Assembly (NCBI GenBank): GCA_016180645.1
Contig: JACPAV010000007.1
Coordinates: 1 to 40,887, forward strand
DNA: 40,887 nt
Origin: Nitrospirota bacterium
Lineage (GTDB): Bacteria; JACPQY01
Direction: 5' to 3'
The first letter of the stretch is position 1, and the number at the start of each line of letters is the position of its first letter. A program made the position numbers and the translations under genes. The notes under the pieces are model-generated. The model had not been told where the DNA came from, searched no databases, and saw only the letters and a program-made list of their open reading frames with translations. This document shows, one piece after another, positions 28,101 through 34,409 of this stretch.

Positions 28101-30210
28101 GCGGGGTCACGATAACCTGATCGCTCAGCCGTCCTTCCGTTCCGTCGGAATTCGAAGCGGAAACCCTCAAGTAGTAGGTGGTCGCATTGATCAGTTTCGT
28201 GAGTGTGGCCGAGGTGGACGCCGCCGCGATGGGGGACGGGCCTTCACCGGCGCCCGTGCCGGCATATTTGGCCGGATCATTCGTGCCACTGGCCGTGCTG
28301 TAGTACACCTTGTACTGGACCGCTCCCGGGATGCTGAGCCATTTGAGGGAGGCTGCGGCCGTGGAGCCGGCGACGGTGAGCGCGGGGCGATCGGGCGGGG
28401 AGAGCCGGGTTTTCACCGAGGTGAGATCGCTCTCCGAGCCGGTGTCGATCACGGCTGTCATGGCGATCTTGAGGGTAACGTTGGGTGCGAGCCCGGTGAC
28501 CGTGACTTTGCACGGCGTGGTCGCGCAGGCGGCGGCGTTGTTTTCGGTTTTCAGCGGAATTCCGAGGACGGACTCCGCCGCGGTTGGGAACGCCGCGAGA
28601 GGACCGGTCGGCCCCACGCCCGCGGGAGGCGTTGAAGTCGCAAAGAAACGATAGCCGGTCGCCTTGTCCACTTTATCGAACGTAAAGGTGACGGCGAGGG
28701 AATCGCTGGGCAGGTCTACGCCCAGGGTGTCCACGACGTTCGGCGGCACGGCGAGCGGCGTGGAGGAGACTTCCTTGGAATAGGCGCTCTGAGCGAGATT
28801 GTTCTGCGCGCGGACACTGAAGAAATATTCTTTGCCGTTGTCGAGTCCCGTCACCACCGCCGTGGTGTCCTTCGTGATGAGCGGACCGGGATCGTCCTTT
28901 TCTCCGCAGGAGAGATCGTAGCAACTGTCGTCGGTCTTTCGCGCGGCCGTTCCGTAGAAAACGGCATAGCGAGTTTCATAGGCGGCGGCGAGCGCGCTGC
29001 CCGGCTCGACGCCTTCCGGCAGTTCCGGCGTGATCAGCACGGGGTCCCAACTGATTTCGACGCGCCCGGTGCGGCCTTTGGCCTTCACATTTTGGGGGGT
29101 GGGATAGGGCACAGCCACCGGCCGTTCATCGCCGTAGTTGCTTTCCGAGTTGGTCGATCGGTTGGACGCTCGAACGGTGACGTAGTATTTCGTGCCCTTC
29201 CGAACACCGGCCAGCCGGAGTTCGATTTTGCCCCCGACCGTGGCGGTTGAGGGCGTGAGAGGGGAAATTTTGTCTCCGATCCGTCCGTTGTAAGGCGGTC
29301 CCGGCCCGTCCACGTCGAAGTACACTTTGTAATCCGTAGCCCGCTCGACGGGATCGAACGTGAGGATCATGGTGGCGTCTTCGATCTTGGCCTCAGGAAG
29401 GGTGGGTTGCCGGATCGTCGTGGCCGAAGAAACATCCGAGTACAGGCTCGCTTCGTTGTCGCTCAGCGCGATGAATTTGAACTGGTACTCGGTGTCGTCC
29501 GTCCATTCGAAAGTCGTCGTTCCGGCTTCGCAGTCGTCCCCCCCGGGCGGCAGGGAAACGGCGGTCTTGCGTGTCAAGCAGACGGCCTCAAACGACTCGG
29601 AGGACGATTCCTTGGCGCAGACCCAATAACGAGCGGCGGTGGGGATGGTATTCCAGGCCAGCTCCGCGGATTTCGTGCGGCCGGTGACGCAGGCCTTGCT
29701 GTCATTTTGTTCGCAGCGGGACCACGTGGGTGTGACGCCCGTCATCGTGGGTTGGAGCTGGACCACGCCGACGTCCGTCACGCCGCCGGCGTTGATGGTG
29801 GTTCGTTTTCCTCCAAGGTAGAGGGGCTCATTTCCCGCTCGCGCTCGGATCACGACATCCACTTCGCCGCCCGGCGCCGTGATGACGGCCGAGGCCTTGC
29901 GGTCGTCGAAGCGGAACGATTGGCGGAAGATGGCTTTGGCAGCCAGCGGATCATCGGGGGGGGCGTTGCAGTCCACCTTCTGATTTTCCGGTGCTCGCTG
30001 CGGACTCGGTTCGAAGATCAGGACATCGAGCGTGTCCGGCTTGGCGGCGGCGGCCTGTTCGCGAATCTCGATCCGGAAGGACAGCTCGGTGTTGCCCCCG
30101 TCGGACTTCCCGCCGAAGCAGCTCGCAAACGTGATGAGTGAGGAGTGAAGAGTGATGAGAAGGAGGCGGCGAAGAGGTTCGGCGATCGGCCCTTCTTTCA
30201 CTTCACTCAT
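16111..30210 (-). CDS. Giant (4699 aa) surface lipoprotein/adhesin: Fn3 array, 7 Cys-containing Ig repeats, 8 Big_13-like Ig repeats, C-terminal FG-GAP-like propeller
   Basis: Lipobox-like FASC; repeated W..V.GA..Y.VYY Fn3 units; seven WCL.E...VYVW.RD.AGN units; eight PDL.AASDSG.S..DNIT..TTPTF units; NVDADGALEIIV/NLDADSNLELVV blades; terminal WPTFQKNAARTGN. Confidence 0.88.
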   Translation of the reverse strand: MSEVKEGPIAEPLRRLLLITLHSSLITFASCFGGKSDGGNTELSFRIEIREQAAAAKPDTLDVLIFEPSPQRAPENQKVDCNAPPDDPLAAKAIFRQSFRFDDRKASAVITAPGGEVDVVIRARAGNEPLYLGGKRTTINAGGVTDVGVVQLQPTMTGVTPTWSRCEQNDSKACVTGRTKSAELAWNTIPTAARYWVCAKESSSESFEAVCLTRKTAVSLPPGGDDCEAGTTTFEWTDDTEYQFKFIALSDNEASLYSDVSSATTIRQPTLPEAKIEDATMILTFDPVERATDYKVYFDVDGPGPPYNGRIGDKISPLTPSTATVGGKIELRLAGVRKGTKYYVTVRASNRSTNSESNYGDERPVAVPYPTPQNVKAKGRTGRVEISWDPVLITPELPEGVEPGSALAAAYETRYAVFYGTAARKTDDSCYDLSCGEKDDPGPLITKDTTAVVTGLDNGKEYFFSVRAQNNLAQSAYSKEVSSTPLAVPPNVVDTLGVDLPSDSLAVTFTFDKVDKATGYRFFATSTPPAGVGPTGPLAAFPTAAESVLGIPLKTENNAAACATTPCKVTVTGLAPNVTLKIAMTAVIDTGSESDLTSVKTRLSPPDRPALTVAGSTAAASLKWLSIPGAVQYKVYYSTASGTNDPAKYAGTGAGEGPSPIAAASTSATLTKLINATTYYLRVSASNSDGTEGRLSDQVIVTPLAAPTGFGLLSLSNALGPAHLTGQGPVKWDAVDKADCYKIQYGTSSGVYTSCLLAMETSTSSCPADAGCGTPVTATCPAAIAGTSRCATLPSLANSSAYYAVVSALRSGTDARTDSSLSSQITVLPIDKPANFIAKGRTGRVELSWNAVTGATGGYEIRWNNVSLAEDHLAKPVSNVVTTSCASMTLCAVAGTPGCGTTAAGVCPETRAIPVGASFPSNGQTAYFSTVAVNGSGRSNQTNDAATPLAKPVMASYVDKHEKDIEAARLVFEWQRGVCPLAICPSYGSCASGEACPTYKVGYDTASRAGTLKISDYKGTGATEGASTLVNTSCINNGINERCALSGLPSNSSYYLAAAAVTTAGDESDPMDEIGLTTLLPRVANFAVTLGTGKAVMTWDPVTGADSYQVFVDAEDADGCPPDVPKKVITSTSTSYTATKDGSGIDLVNGTRYCFGIVAVKGAPPLPASPPAPAGADDPCELTPDPGANSTVNNCGDPFLPNREGIPIAVPTGVVDPTFVGAGAGSTAKLTASTLTFQFNTDWTTTNSNGVDKIKIYYDTDSAGAPYTGIGAAEGTSPIVREPVAAGCVSGAPTLCTFTLSGLQADKTYYYAVSAANTINDSYAIVPGPPGSDDAESGESDLATNSGSARTLIATPTNLKVTTATSQATLTWNALTGLSGLSYRVYYRRETAAACTAVTRDNAGAWTTNYNADADACNGISGGVTTASSNITLTCLKNGDQLAVGESYCFSAVAEAGGNHSDFADLNGSSPPTVNAIPLSTPLCFSATANGTQVQLTWCSVKDATGYRIYYDTNSGTPYTGTQFQEGASPHVITSGSTTTQTFNLPSGSTPTTFYLAISAMKDDGDCLTGGSGCALENGEGESALSPEKTTTSGLDTPTGFAVTGETGASVIDGVVNTKVDWNAVTGATCYRVFYDTDTAGAPYVQTTGEGGVAATCEAVSATCESLAAAAGDPCAAGASTAGGLGPIPSTKTDLTLTGLTSGVQYHFSVKAFATSTESPYASNQSLIPLARPTLTITPMLVGDVVSGKTCSNPTNAPQRIACFLVNWSTVTGASQYTLYYDFDGSVPMDGTDVPPNSVGGITGDGCDALSGTCDAPIQNVPSSALPIIIRGVNIDKVFYFAVQAVQSGVAGNVGDYSVITSATTPFPAPTVLNTSTILGNANGGTETQIVVRWSPPDVGGTATNPATYEIHYKPTAFVGGEPPYNVAPSPKTGISGTAISAVVDGPPILPPNSLYYVAMRSVGATGPSSKYYPPSSGGPPTAPPGYFFDGKKPVIEPPGIVHSKSNDNFTSTPCALVLPQTSLYYKAGDQLTLTVMVTDDMTLLGVDGYVTVDLSPIVTAGGTVVLNRVCYVDLDTAIYEGSTTLPAAGAMTADGNKLLTVTACDQATPAVGRGAAANDCTNQAGVKGNSNTATMADTDPERIRIDNTPPADPTAASLADPPASSFTGQVTTTYTNTATVDVSITGGSDANGIAGWCLRETAGAPPESTCTGQCIPTFSNWTTSALPPGASGCTLTGADGLKSVYVWLKDNAGNVSAGTACPGATCAQITLDSTAPAGGGTGLTVDITDRTTSSQVLSDERSVSVSIAGAADAASGVSGYCLTENAGIPTAGSCLAASGPVDGTGWNLAAPTPQSDGVNVLTAGDVLKTARLWLRDGAGNVSTAAATDTITLDTGPPNDPIAITFTDPESGSTTVTNNCAVGPCPNTSLTLAFTDTPDVVKWCVTDDPAIATAATCPSGAWVALKPTTYTLPTSTEGARTVYVWVQDAAGQINTTQSSGSITLDRTAPPNASLALADPTPTTATYTNDNPVSATITGESGDVVRWCLTENAAAASETTCPSGTWATPEPTTFSLSVGDCAVPNCKTVYAWFKDSAGNVSAAAGSASITLDATAPGTPILSLADPTTFTGQGATTNANPVNTSITATDNLAVDRWCVSETQAAQPTAATCNGGTGWTTPAPATFSLTAGNGLKTVYLWVRDAAGNVNALPAVSFAITLDQAVPGNPALDASDPSKFAAQVDTYTNTNPVTASVTGDTDAESGISGWCLSETQSTQPAATNACFVGIEPTTFTLSGGDAAKTIYVWVRDGAGNVNVGTVSDAITLDLTAPTSGMTLTVADPSPAAGQNAATYSNSNPINATIAGESDATSGISGWCLSDTQTTQPTSSSCTGGTTWTTPEPTSVSMSGTGSPPASVTMYVWTRDGAGNVNASAVTAGAITFDTEVPAPSLTAPAASGADNATITTAFNIPENAISGTVKITFTRTAGPADIFSPHIITFNATFESAGAKSCAPNLVGGDLSSSACGVTGVSSDPNDTLIDGTTYTVRLAMTDLAGNAGLLDNTLWVYDTSPPGTPISAPDLDPASDSGTFNTDDITNITTPTFLGSGAPANTSVRIYWNGTYGNCAVTSDIGGNYSGCTISPALAGGAAVVYTITARSVDTAGNESPDSPALSITLDTVAPAPAPTAAPDLDAASDTGASSTDNITKTTTPTFSGSGAPPLEVVGVFVDGVKKCSVTALGGGTYSGCALAPALADGTYTITARSVDLAGNSSTDSPAMSPNLVIDTTAPAAGPTAAPDLDAASDSGKSATDNTTSDNTPTLSGSGADTNAYVTLYATGSPICTVTTDGTGLYSACTAAPALGDAAYTVTARNVDLAGNISPDSVLSLSLTIDTLAPAAPASAPDMTAASDSGTSSSDDYTNLTTPTFQNLTGSAVPNGQVRLYTAGPLTLRCTVDTNGAGDYSACTSSVLGEATYSFTARSVDLAGNEGTDSATLSVTIDTTALAVPTGAPDLDAASDSGTSSIDNITNITTPGFSGTGAPFNEKVRLYLNAAQVCETTAGGAGAWSCTSSALTENSYSAAARSVDLAGNESADSPTLNPIQIDTTGPAAPGTPDLQAASDSGKSSADNITTDTTPTFGGTGPINTIVRVYVGGSVRCTDTTDGFGAYSACTPGVAIAEATYNDVVARTRDAAGNESAASAALSPDLVIDTTAPAAPASAPDLMAASDSGSSSTDNITNDTTPSFENLTASAAPPPGQVRIYTTGPDTLRCTVDTTGLGDYTNCTSTALGEATHTVIARSVDAAGNEGPDSPSLNVTIDTTAPVAPAAPDLDPGSDSGSSTTDNITNATTPLFNGTGPATTTIRLYIGGTQRCSVTSGGGGAWSCTSSALGPASYANVVARSADTAGNESADSAAMAPDLVIDTTNPTCPAPTIAENPDINQQAVSTTTVWYNNNSTDGSFIVTVGATDSGGMDNVTFLATVSAGAVDSATPYQQTYNWEDAVLGPASTFSAASTVTCNDKAGNSSTNSFSVIRDLAAPAGGSISYTNGDSSSTGPTITWGTGVDAGGPPVSGIGSCELQRSVAAIQADGTCAAPGAFNPLSTQGTCGSSFVDAVAGGSCYQYKIIVRDVVYNEVTYSSGNTMRVDTTAPVFANLVYTPVAATPLAKCDVIQIDFTIQGEGIRCAQTAFACGAPSPSVTVDGNAASCLAACSDDAGNNEMDLSYSYTIAGTETTQPNRPIVITASDPAGNSASYSSPPSVEIVFGREGPCPGGNQWPRSTAPAADVSNAPLVMNLDTGADSCNSTSVICEIIAASAEGAGTNLYTLTNTDTDVFGPTALGGSVTAGSAAGGNLATGDAQGEFAIAASDGNLHFFEHNTASATPTIALAGVGANSTPAVGNIDGDGAVEVVVHGTSAGDMVVYAVEFGTGATQWSRTFAGISGTNAAPAIADVGGSAGNEVIVGTGNGQIRILTGATGLDSSVCGGNADVDGGSSAALNNSPVVANVDADGALEIIVASNDGKIHILDTASCAVTTRTIAGAPSITASVAVANVLGASPPLEIIVATQAGEVYILDGSTGSNASGASNWPVTGLGVLTASPMLADVDNDGTQEVVIARPNGQITAREVANGNTEADGWPIVAGTAALSSPTLANLDADSNLELVVGSADDKIYVFEITVAGSGTASHSWPTFQKNAARTGN

Positions 30211-30228
30211 TACACTTCACGCATCACG
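30131..30228. repeat. Heptamer-array element, second copy, spanning the start of the giant gene
   Basis: Minus strand GTGATGC GTGAAGT GTAATGA GTGAA GTGAA ... TCATCAC TCTTCAC TCCTCAC TCATCAC. Confidence 0.7.
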
Positions 30229-30233
30229 CCCGG

Positions 30234-31070
30234 TTACCATCGGATCTCCAGCGTCCCTTTCGTGGGGTCCTGCTTGGCTTGGGGGACGGCCCCCGGAGCC
30301 TGCGGTGGGTCCACGAGACTGTCGAGCAGGGCCTGGCGCGCAATCGAGGAACCTGTGGCCAGGGGGCTCGGCAAGCTCAGAGGGCTCATCGCCGGAGTGA
30401 TGTCCGGACTGAACTTCACTTCGGTCTGTTCCCGCATGGTTCCGAGAGTTTGATCGGACGGCACGTGGCCCGGAGCCGGGGGTTGCCCCTCCCGAACCTC
30501 CGACTGTTCCATCGTGCCGAGCGTCACCGTTCCCGGAGCGGACGGATCGTTGTTGGTCACCGTCACGCGACCTTCGATGACGAGAACCTGCGTTTCGCCC
30601 GTATCCGGATCGACGCTGACGATGAGGTGAGTGCCGCGGACGCCGATGGTGGCCGTGGCGGTTTTCACCTCGAATCGATTTCCATAAGCTTTGAGTTTTG
30701 TGATGATCGCCCGGAGCGTGCCGCCGATGAGATTGAGCACCGCCGAACGCGAGCCGCGCGCGGCGTCGTAGTCAAACGCTCCGAAGTCGAGCGTGGCGTT
30801 GGAGCCGAGGAGAAGGATCGATTCATCCTTCATCACGATTCTGATTTTTCCGGCGGGACCGGTGCGCACGCGATCGCCTGCGCGAATGATATCGCCCTGC
30901 CGGATGGTGCGCGCCTCCCCGCCGCCACCCAGTTCGACTGTGGCTTCGCCCTCGATGGCCACCACGGTTCCGATGGCGCTCGATTGGGCCTGGGCGGCGA
31001 GCGGAAATCCCATCGCAATAAGACAGAAAGCGAAGAGACCGGTAACTTTGAGCAGAACTTGACCTTTCAT
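30234..31070 (-). CDS. Periplasmic FecR-domain protein
   Basis: Signal peptide (AQA); GDRVRTGPAGKIRIVMKDESILLLGSNATL and FEVKTATATIGVRGT motifs; ATG at 31070 with GGAGGAG RBS. Confidence 0.88.
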   Translation of the reverse strand: MKGQVLLKVTGLFAFCLIAMGFPLAAQAQSSAIGTVVAIEGEATVELGGGGEARTIRQGDIIRAGDRVRTGPAGKIRIVMKDESILLLGSNATLDFGAFDYDAARGSRSAVLNLIGGTLRAIITKLKAYGNRFEVKTATATIGVRGTHLIVSVDPDTGETQVLVIEGRVTVTNNDPSAPGTVTLGTMEQSEVREGQPPAPGHVPSDQTLGTMREQTEVKFSPDITPAMSPLSLPSPLATGSSIARQALLDSLVDPPQAPGAVPQAKQDPTKGTLEIRW

Positions 31071-31088
31071 ATCTCCTCCCTTACCTTG

Positions 31089-31103
31089 GCAATTAACGTG
31101 CCA
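31089..31103 (-). promoter_or_regulatory. sigma54 (-24/-12) promoter
   Basis: Minus strand TGGCAC-GTTAA-TTGC matches the consensus exactly, directly upstream of the FecR-domain gene, with an AT-rich tract at 31124-31150. Confidence 0.75.
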
Positions 31104-31266
31104 CGCGATTGCGGATCGCACGTAAACATAAATATATTAAACATATTACAGCAATCGCCATGTGATGCGCGACACGCCGCCGATCCGATTGGGGCCTGCG
31201 AAGCTCCGTCACTACATTTTGGGTAACTTTTTTTACACCGGGGCTGAGAAGGCAATTTGGAAGTTG

Positions 31267-31279
31267 AATCAAGTTGTTA
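31267..31279 (+). promoter_or_regulatory. Putative IHF binding site
   Basis: AATCAAGTTGTTA matches WATCAANNNNTTR, in the same intergenic region as the sigma54 promoter. Confidence 0.4.
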
Positions 31280-31294
31280 AGATCGTGATGGGAA

Positions 31295-31798
31295 TCACAT
31301 CCCGCCTGCGGCTTGGACGGGAGGCACCAGGAATAGTTCGGCTCCCGGTTTCAGCCAGTCTTTCTGGTCGAAAGTGACGGAACGATCGACCATCACTTCG
31401 CCGTTTGGACCGAGAGTGGTTCGGAAGCGTATGACGGAAGGTCTTCCGGATGCGATGGCCCGACCCTCCGCGTCATAGGTTGCGGAAGGATCGCAGGGAC
31501 ACGCAAGGACTTGATCGGTGGGTTTCCACTCCAACCGGCATGCCGGGGATGTGGCGGGTGCGAATCCGGGGGGGGGGCATGCAGGATCCAAGGAGAAGAC
31601 CCGCCCCGTTTTTTTCACGACGAGGACCGGATGGTCTTTCGGTCCGCGCAGCACCGGTGTGTTCTCCGCGAAGGAATCCGGGAAGCCTACGACAAATCGG
31701 GGAGAGGGCGGGATGAATCGGAGGGACAGGAAGCCGATGGTGAGGATAACGGCGACAGCGACGGCAGACACTACGCTGGCGCGCCCGTTTGTGTTCAC
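31295..31798 (-). CDS. Membrane-anchored degenerate Rieske-like protein (QcrA/PetC-like, His ligands absent)
   Basis: N-terminal TM, then FSLDPACPPPG...ACRLEW...LACPCDPSATYDAEG...RF...GEVMVD, which follows the Rieske layout CTHLGC..W..F.CPCHGS.YD..G; start GTG 31798 inferred. Confidence 0.6.
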   Translation of the reverse strand: MNTNGRASVVSAVAVAVILTIGFLSLRFIPPSPRFVVGFPDSFAENTPVLRGPKDHPVLVVKKTGRVFSLDPACPPPGFAPATSPACRLEWKPTDQVLACPCDPSATYDAEGRAIASGRPSVIRFRTTLGPNGEVMVDRSVTFDQKDWLKPGAELFLVPPVQAAGGM

Positions 31799-31834
31799 GA
31801 GATTGATTTTATACAGTCCGAGCGGGTTCGCAAC

Positions 31835-33190
31835 GTGAAGACGAAGACCGTGTTCATCTGCCAGTCGTGCGGGGGCCAGGCTCCGAGGTGGACGGGACAA
31901 TGTCGCTCTTGCGGCCAGTGGAACACGCTTGTTGAGGAGATAGGCGAGAGGCGGGAGGCGAGAGGCGGAAGGGAGAAGGCGGGTTCGATCCGGCCCGTGC
32001 GGCTGGATGAAGTCAAACTCAGCGAGACGCCGCGAATGGCCACGGAGCTGGCCGAATTCGACCGAGTGCTTGGGGGGGGGATGGTGCCGGCTTCGGCGGT
32101 TCTCATCGGGGGCGAGCCGGGGATCGGGAAATCCACGCTGCTCCTGCAACTCGTGCACTGCGCCGGAAAAAACGGCAGACCCGCTTTGTACATCACCGGG
32201 GAAGAATCTTTGGAACAGATCAAGCTGCGAGGGGATCGCGTCGGAGTGACGGGGTCCACTGCCCTGTTTCTTTCAACCACGGCCGTGGAGGATGTGATCG
32301 AGGCCATTGCGCAGACGAAACCGGGCGTGGTGGTGGTGGATTCCATCCAGGTCCTCCGTCACCCCGAGTTGGAATCCGCGGCGGGGACGGTCGGCCAGAT
32401 TCGGGAAGTTTCCAATCTCCTGATCGAGCAGGCCAAGACGCGGGGGTTTGTTCTTTTTCTGGTGGGCCACGTGACGAAGGAGGGGGCCATCGCTGGGCCG
32501 AAGATCCTCGAACACATGGTGGACACCGTGTTATATTTTGAAGGGGAGCGGAACGGTCCGTACAGGCTGCTCCGTTCGGTCAAGAACCGGTTCGGCCCGA
32601 CGCATGAGATCGCGTTGTTTGAAATGCAGGCGGAAGGTCTGAAGGAGGTGAAGGAGCCATCCGCGTTTTTCCTCTCCCAGCGGTCGGTCGGTTCGCCGGG
32701 CAGCGTGGTCACGGTGACGATGAAAGGAACGCGGCCGCTCCTCGTGGAAGTCCAGGCGCTGACGAGTCCGGCGGGATACGGTTTTTCCCAGCGGACGTCG
32801 ATTGGAGTAGATCGCAATCGGACGTCGCTCCTGATTGCCGTCCTGGAGAAATTGGCTGGAATGTCCCTGGGGTCCAATGACATCTTTGTGAACGTGGCCG
32901 GGGGCGTGGAGATCGAGGAGCCGGCCGCCGACCTCGCGGTAGCCGTGGCCATCGGATCGAGTTTCAGGAACAAGGCGCTCGCGGCGGAGACGGCGGTGTG
33001 CGGGGAGCTGGGGTTGGCCGGAGAGGTGCGAACCGTGAGCCACTTGGAATCGAGAATCAGGGAGGCGGCCAGGCTCGGTTTCAAGAAGATGTTGGTTCCT
33101 CGATCGAAGGCCCTCCCTTCCGTGGCCGGTCTTGAAGTTCTGCCGGTGGCTCACGTGGATGAGGCCCTCGCCGAGGTCCTGGGGTCGTAG
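31835..33190 (+). CDS. radA: DNA repair protein RadA/Sms
   Basis: Zn finger CQSCG...WTGQCRSC, Walker A GEPGIGKST, KNRFG motif, Lon-like C-terminus; GTG start at 31835. Confidence 0.97.
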   Translation: MKTKTVFICQSCGGQAPRWTGQCRSCGQWNTLVEEIGERREARGGREKAGSIRPVRLDEVKLSETPRMATELAEFDRVLGGGMVPASAVLIGGEPGIGKSTLLLQLVHCAGKNGRPALYITGEESLEQIKLRGDRVGVTGSTALFLSTTAVEDVIEAIAQTKPGVVVVDSIQVLRHPELESAAGTVGQIREVSNLLIEQAKTRGFVLFLVGHVTKEGAIAGPKILEHMVDTVLYFEGERNGPYRLLRSVKNRFGPTHEIALFEMQAEGLKEVKEPSAFFLSQRSVGSPGSVVTVTMKGTRPLLVEVQALTSPAGYGFSQRTSIGVDRNRTSLLIAVLEKLAGMSLGSNDIFVNVAGGVEIEEPAADLAVAVAIGSSFRNKALAAETAVCGELGLAGEVRTVSHLESRIREAARLGFKKMLVPRSKALPSVAGLEVLPVAHVDEALAEVLGS

Positions 33191-33198
33191 TTTCCCGC

Positions 33199-33771
33199 TT
33201 GCGGCGGATCACCTTTTACGGCCTTCTCTTTCTCGTCTCCTACGGGCTGCTTCGAGTCGGTTGCATCGAGGGGGCGGTCAGTCCGGATCGGCTGGCGGTC
33301 CTCTATGCCGGAGTGTTGGTCCCTCTGGCTCTGGCGCTGACACTGGTCGTGGCCGTCTTGATTTTCGGGGGACTGGCGCTTGCGCGTCGCGTTTCCTGGC
33401 CCCACGTCCGGTGGTATTTCGTGGATGGCTGGCTGGCCTCCGCTCTCGTCCTGGCGCTTGTCCTCGCGCTCCTGACGATTCCCCTCCGGAACACGATGCA
33501 GCTCGGGTCTGTAGGGGTGGTGCGGCTCCTCGTGGATCGGGCGATTCCGAAGGGCGTTGCCGCCCCACAGCGAGAAGCGGCTTGGCGGGTTTTCGAGCGG
33601 TTCTGGACGGGGAGGTTTCTGCCGGCGGTTGCTTCGAAGAACACGCCGGATTGGGAGCGGGCGATGGAATTGCTGGATGATTTCCTGGTGGCGTTTGGCG
33701 ACGGCATTCAGCCGGGCGAATTGGAGCGATTGGAGCGGGAGGTGGAAGCGGTCCTCCCTCCGGCCCGTTAA
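33199..33771 (+). CDS. Hypothetical membrane protein
   Basis: Three hydrophobic segments; begins 8 bp after the radA stop. Confidence 0.6.
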   Translation: MRRITFYGLLFLVSYGLLRVGCIEGAVSPDRLAVLYAGVLVPLALALTLVVAVLIFGGLALARRVSWPHVRWYFVDGWLASALVLALVLALLTIPLRNTMQLGSVGVVRLLVDRAIPKGVAAPQREAAWRVFERFWTGRFLPAVASKNTPDWERAMELLDDFLVAFGDGIQPGELERLEREVEAVLPPAR

Positions 33772-34409
33772 GTCAGCTTCAGGAAATCGGACATTGTGGC
33801 GGAGGTGAGGTAAGGGTTTTCGCGTTTCTCATCCGCCAGGGTGGAGGTGGGCTTGTCCGCGTAGTGGTGGCCGGGCAGGAGGACGATTTGATCGGGAAGG
33901 TCCCGGAGCTTCTTCATGGTGTGATACATTTCTTCGTCGCTCCCTCCCGGAAGATCGGTCCGACCGCAATTCCGGATGAAGAGCGTATCCCCCGACACCA
34001 GCGAATTCCGCACCAGGAAGCACTGTGATCCCTTCGTATGGCCCGGGGTGTGCATGAAGGTGATTTCCAGCCGGCCCAAGGTGAGCGTTTCACCGCCTTC
34101 GGTTCGGCGCAGGTCGCCCGTCATGCCCTTTAGGAATCCCGCCTCGCTTTTGTGGACGTGAACGCGAGCGGCGCGGAGTTCGAGGAGCGGTTCCACGCCG
34201 TTCACGTGATCGAAATGGGCGTGGGTGACGAGGATGTGCTCGATTCGATACTCGGCCACTTCGGCGGCGCGGATGATTGCCTCGATGTCCCACGCGGGAT
34301 CGACGATGGCGGCGAGGTGGGTTTCCGGACAACCGATCAGGTAGACGAAATTCTGCATCGGCCCGAGCTCCAATTGCCGGATGAATACTTCGTCAGGCTT
34401 CGGCTTCAT
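33768..34409 (-). CDS. MBL-fold metallo-hydrolase (glyoxalase II-like)
   Basis: THAHFDH, HTPGHT, SGDTLF and PGH motifs. Confidence 0.92.
   Translation of the reverse strand: MKPKPDEVFIRQLELGPMQNFVYLIGCPETHLAAIVDPAWDIEAIIRAAEVAEYRIEHILVTHAHFDHVNGVEPLLELRAARVHVHKSEAGFLKGMTGDLRRTEGGETLTLGRLEITFMHTPGHTKGSQCFLVRNSLVSGDTLFIRNCGRTDLPGGSDEEMYHTMKKLRDLPDQIVLLPGHHYADKPTSTLADEKRENPYLTSATMSDFLKLT

Noticed and set aside
16649-30141. Many long overlapping ORFs (e.g. 18832..20424, 21571..23256) opposite or within the giant gene
   Set aside because: Shadow ORFs produced by high-GC codon bias; Arg/Gly-rich with no recognisable motifs
31511-32158. Extended N-termini of radA (from 31511) and of the Rieske-like ORF (from 32158)
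   Set aside because: They would overlap each other extensively; homology begins at GTG 31835 and about GTG 31798 respectively
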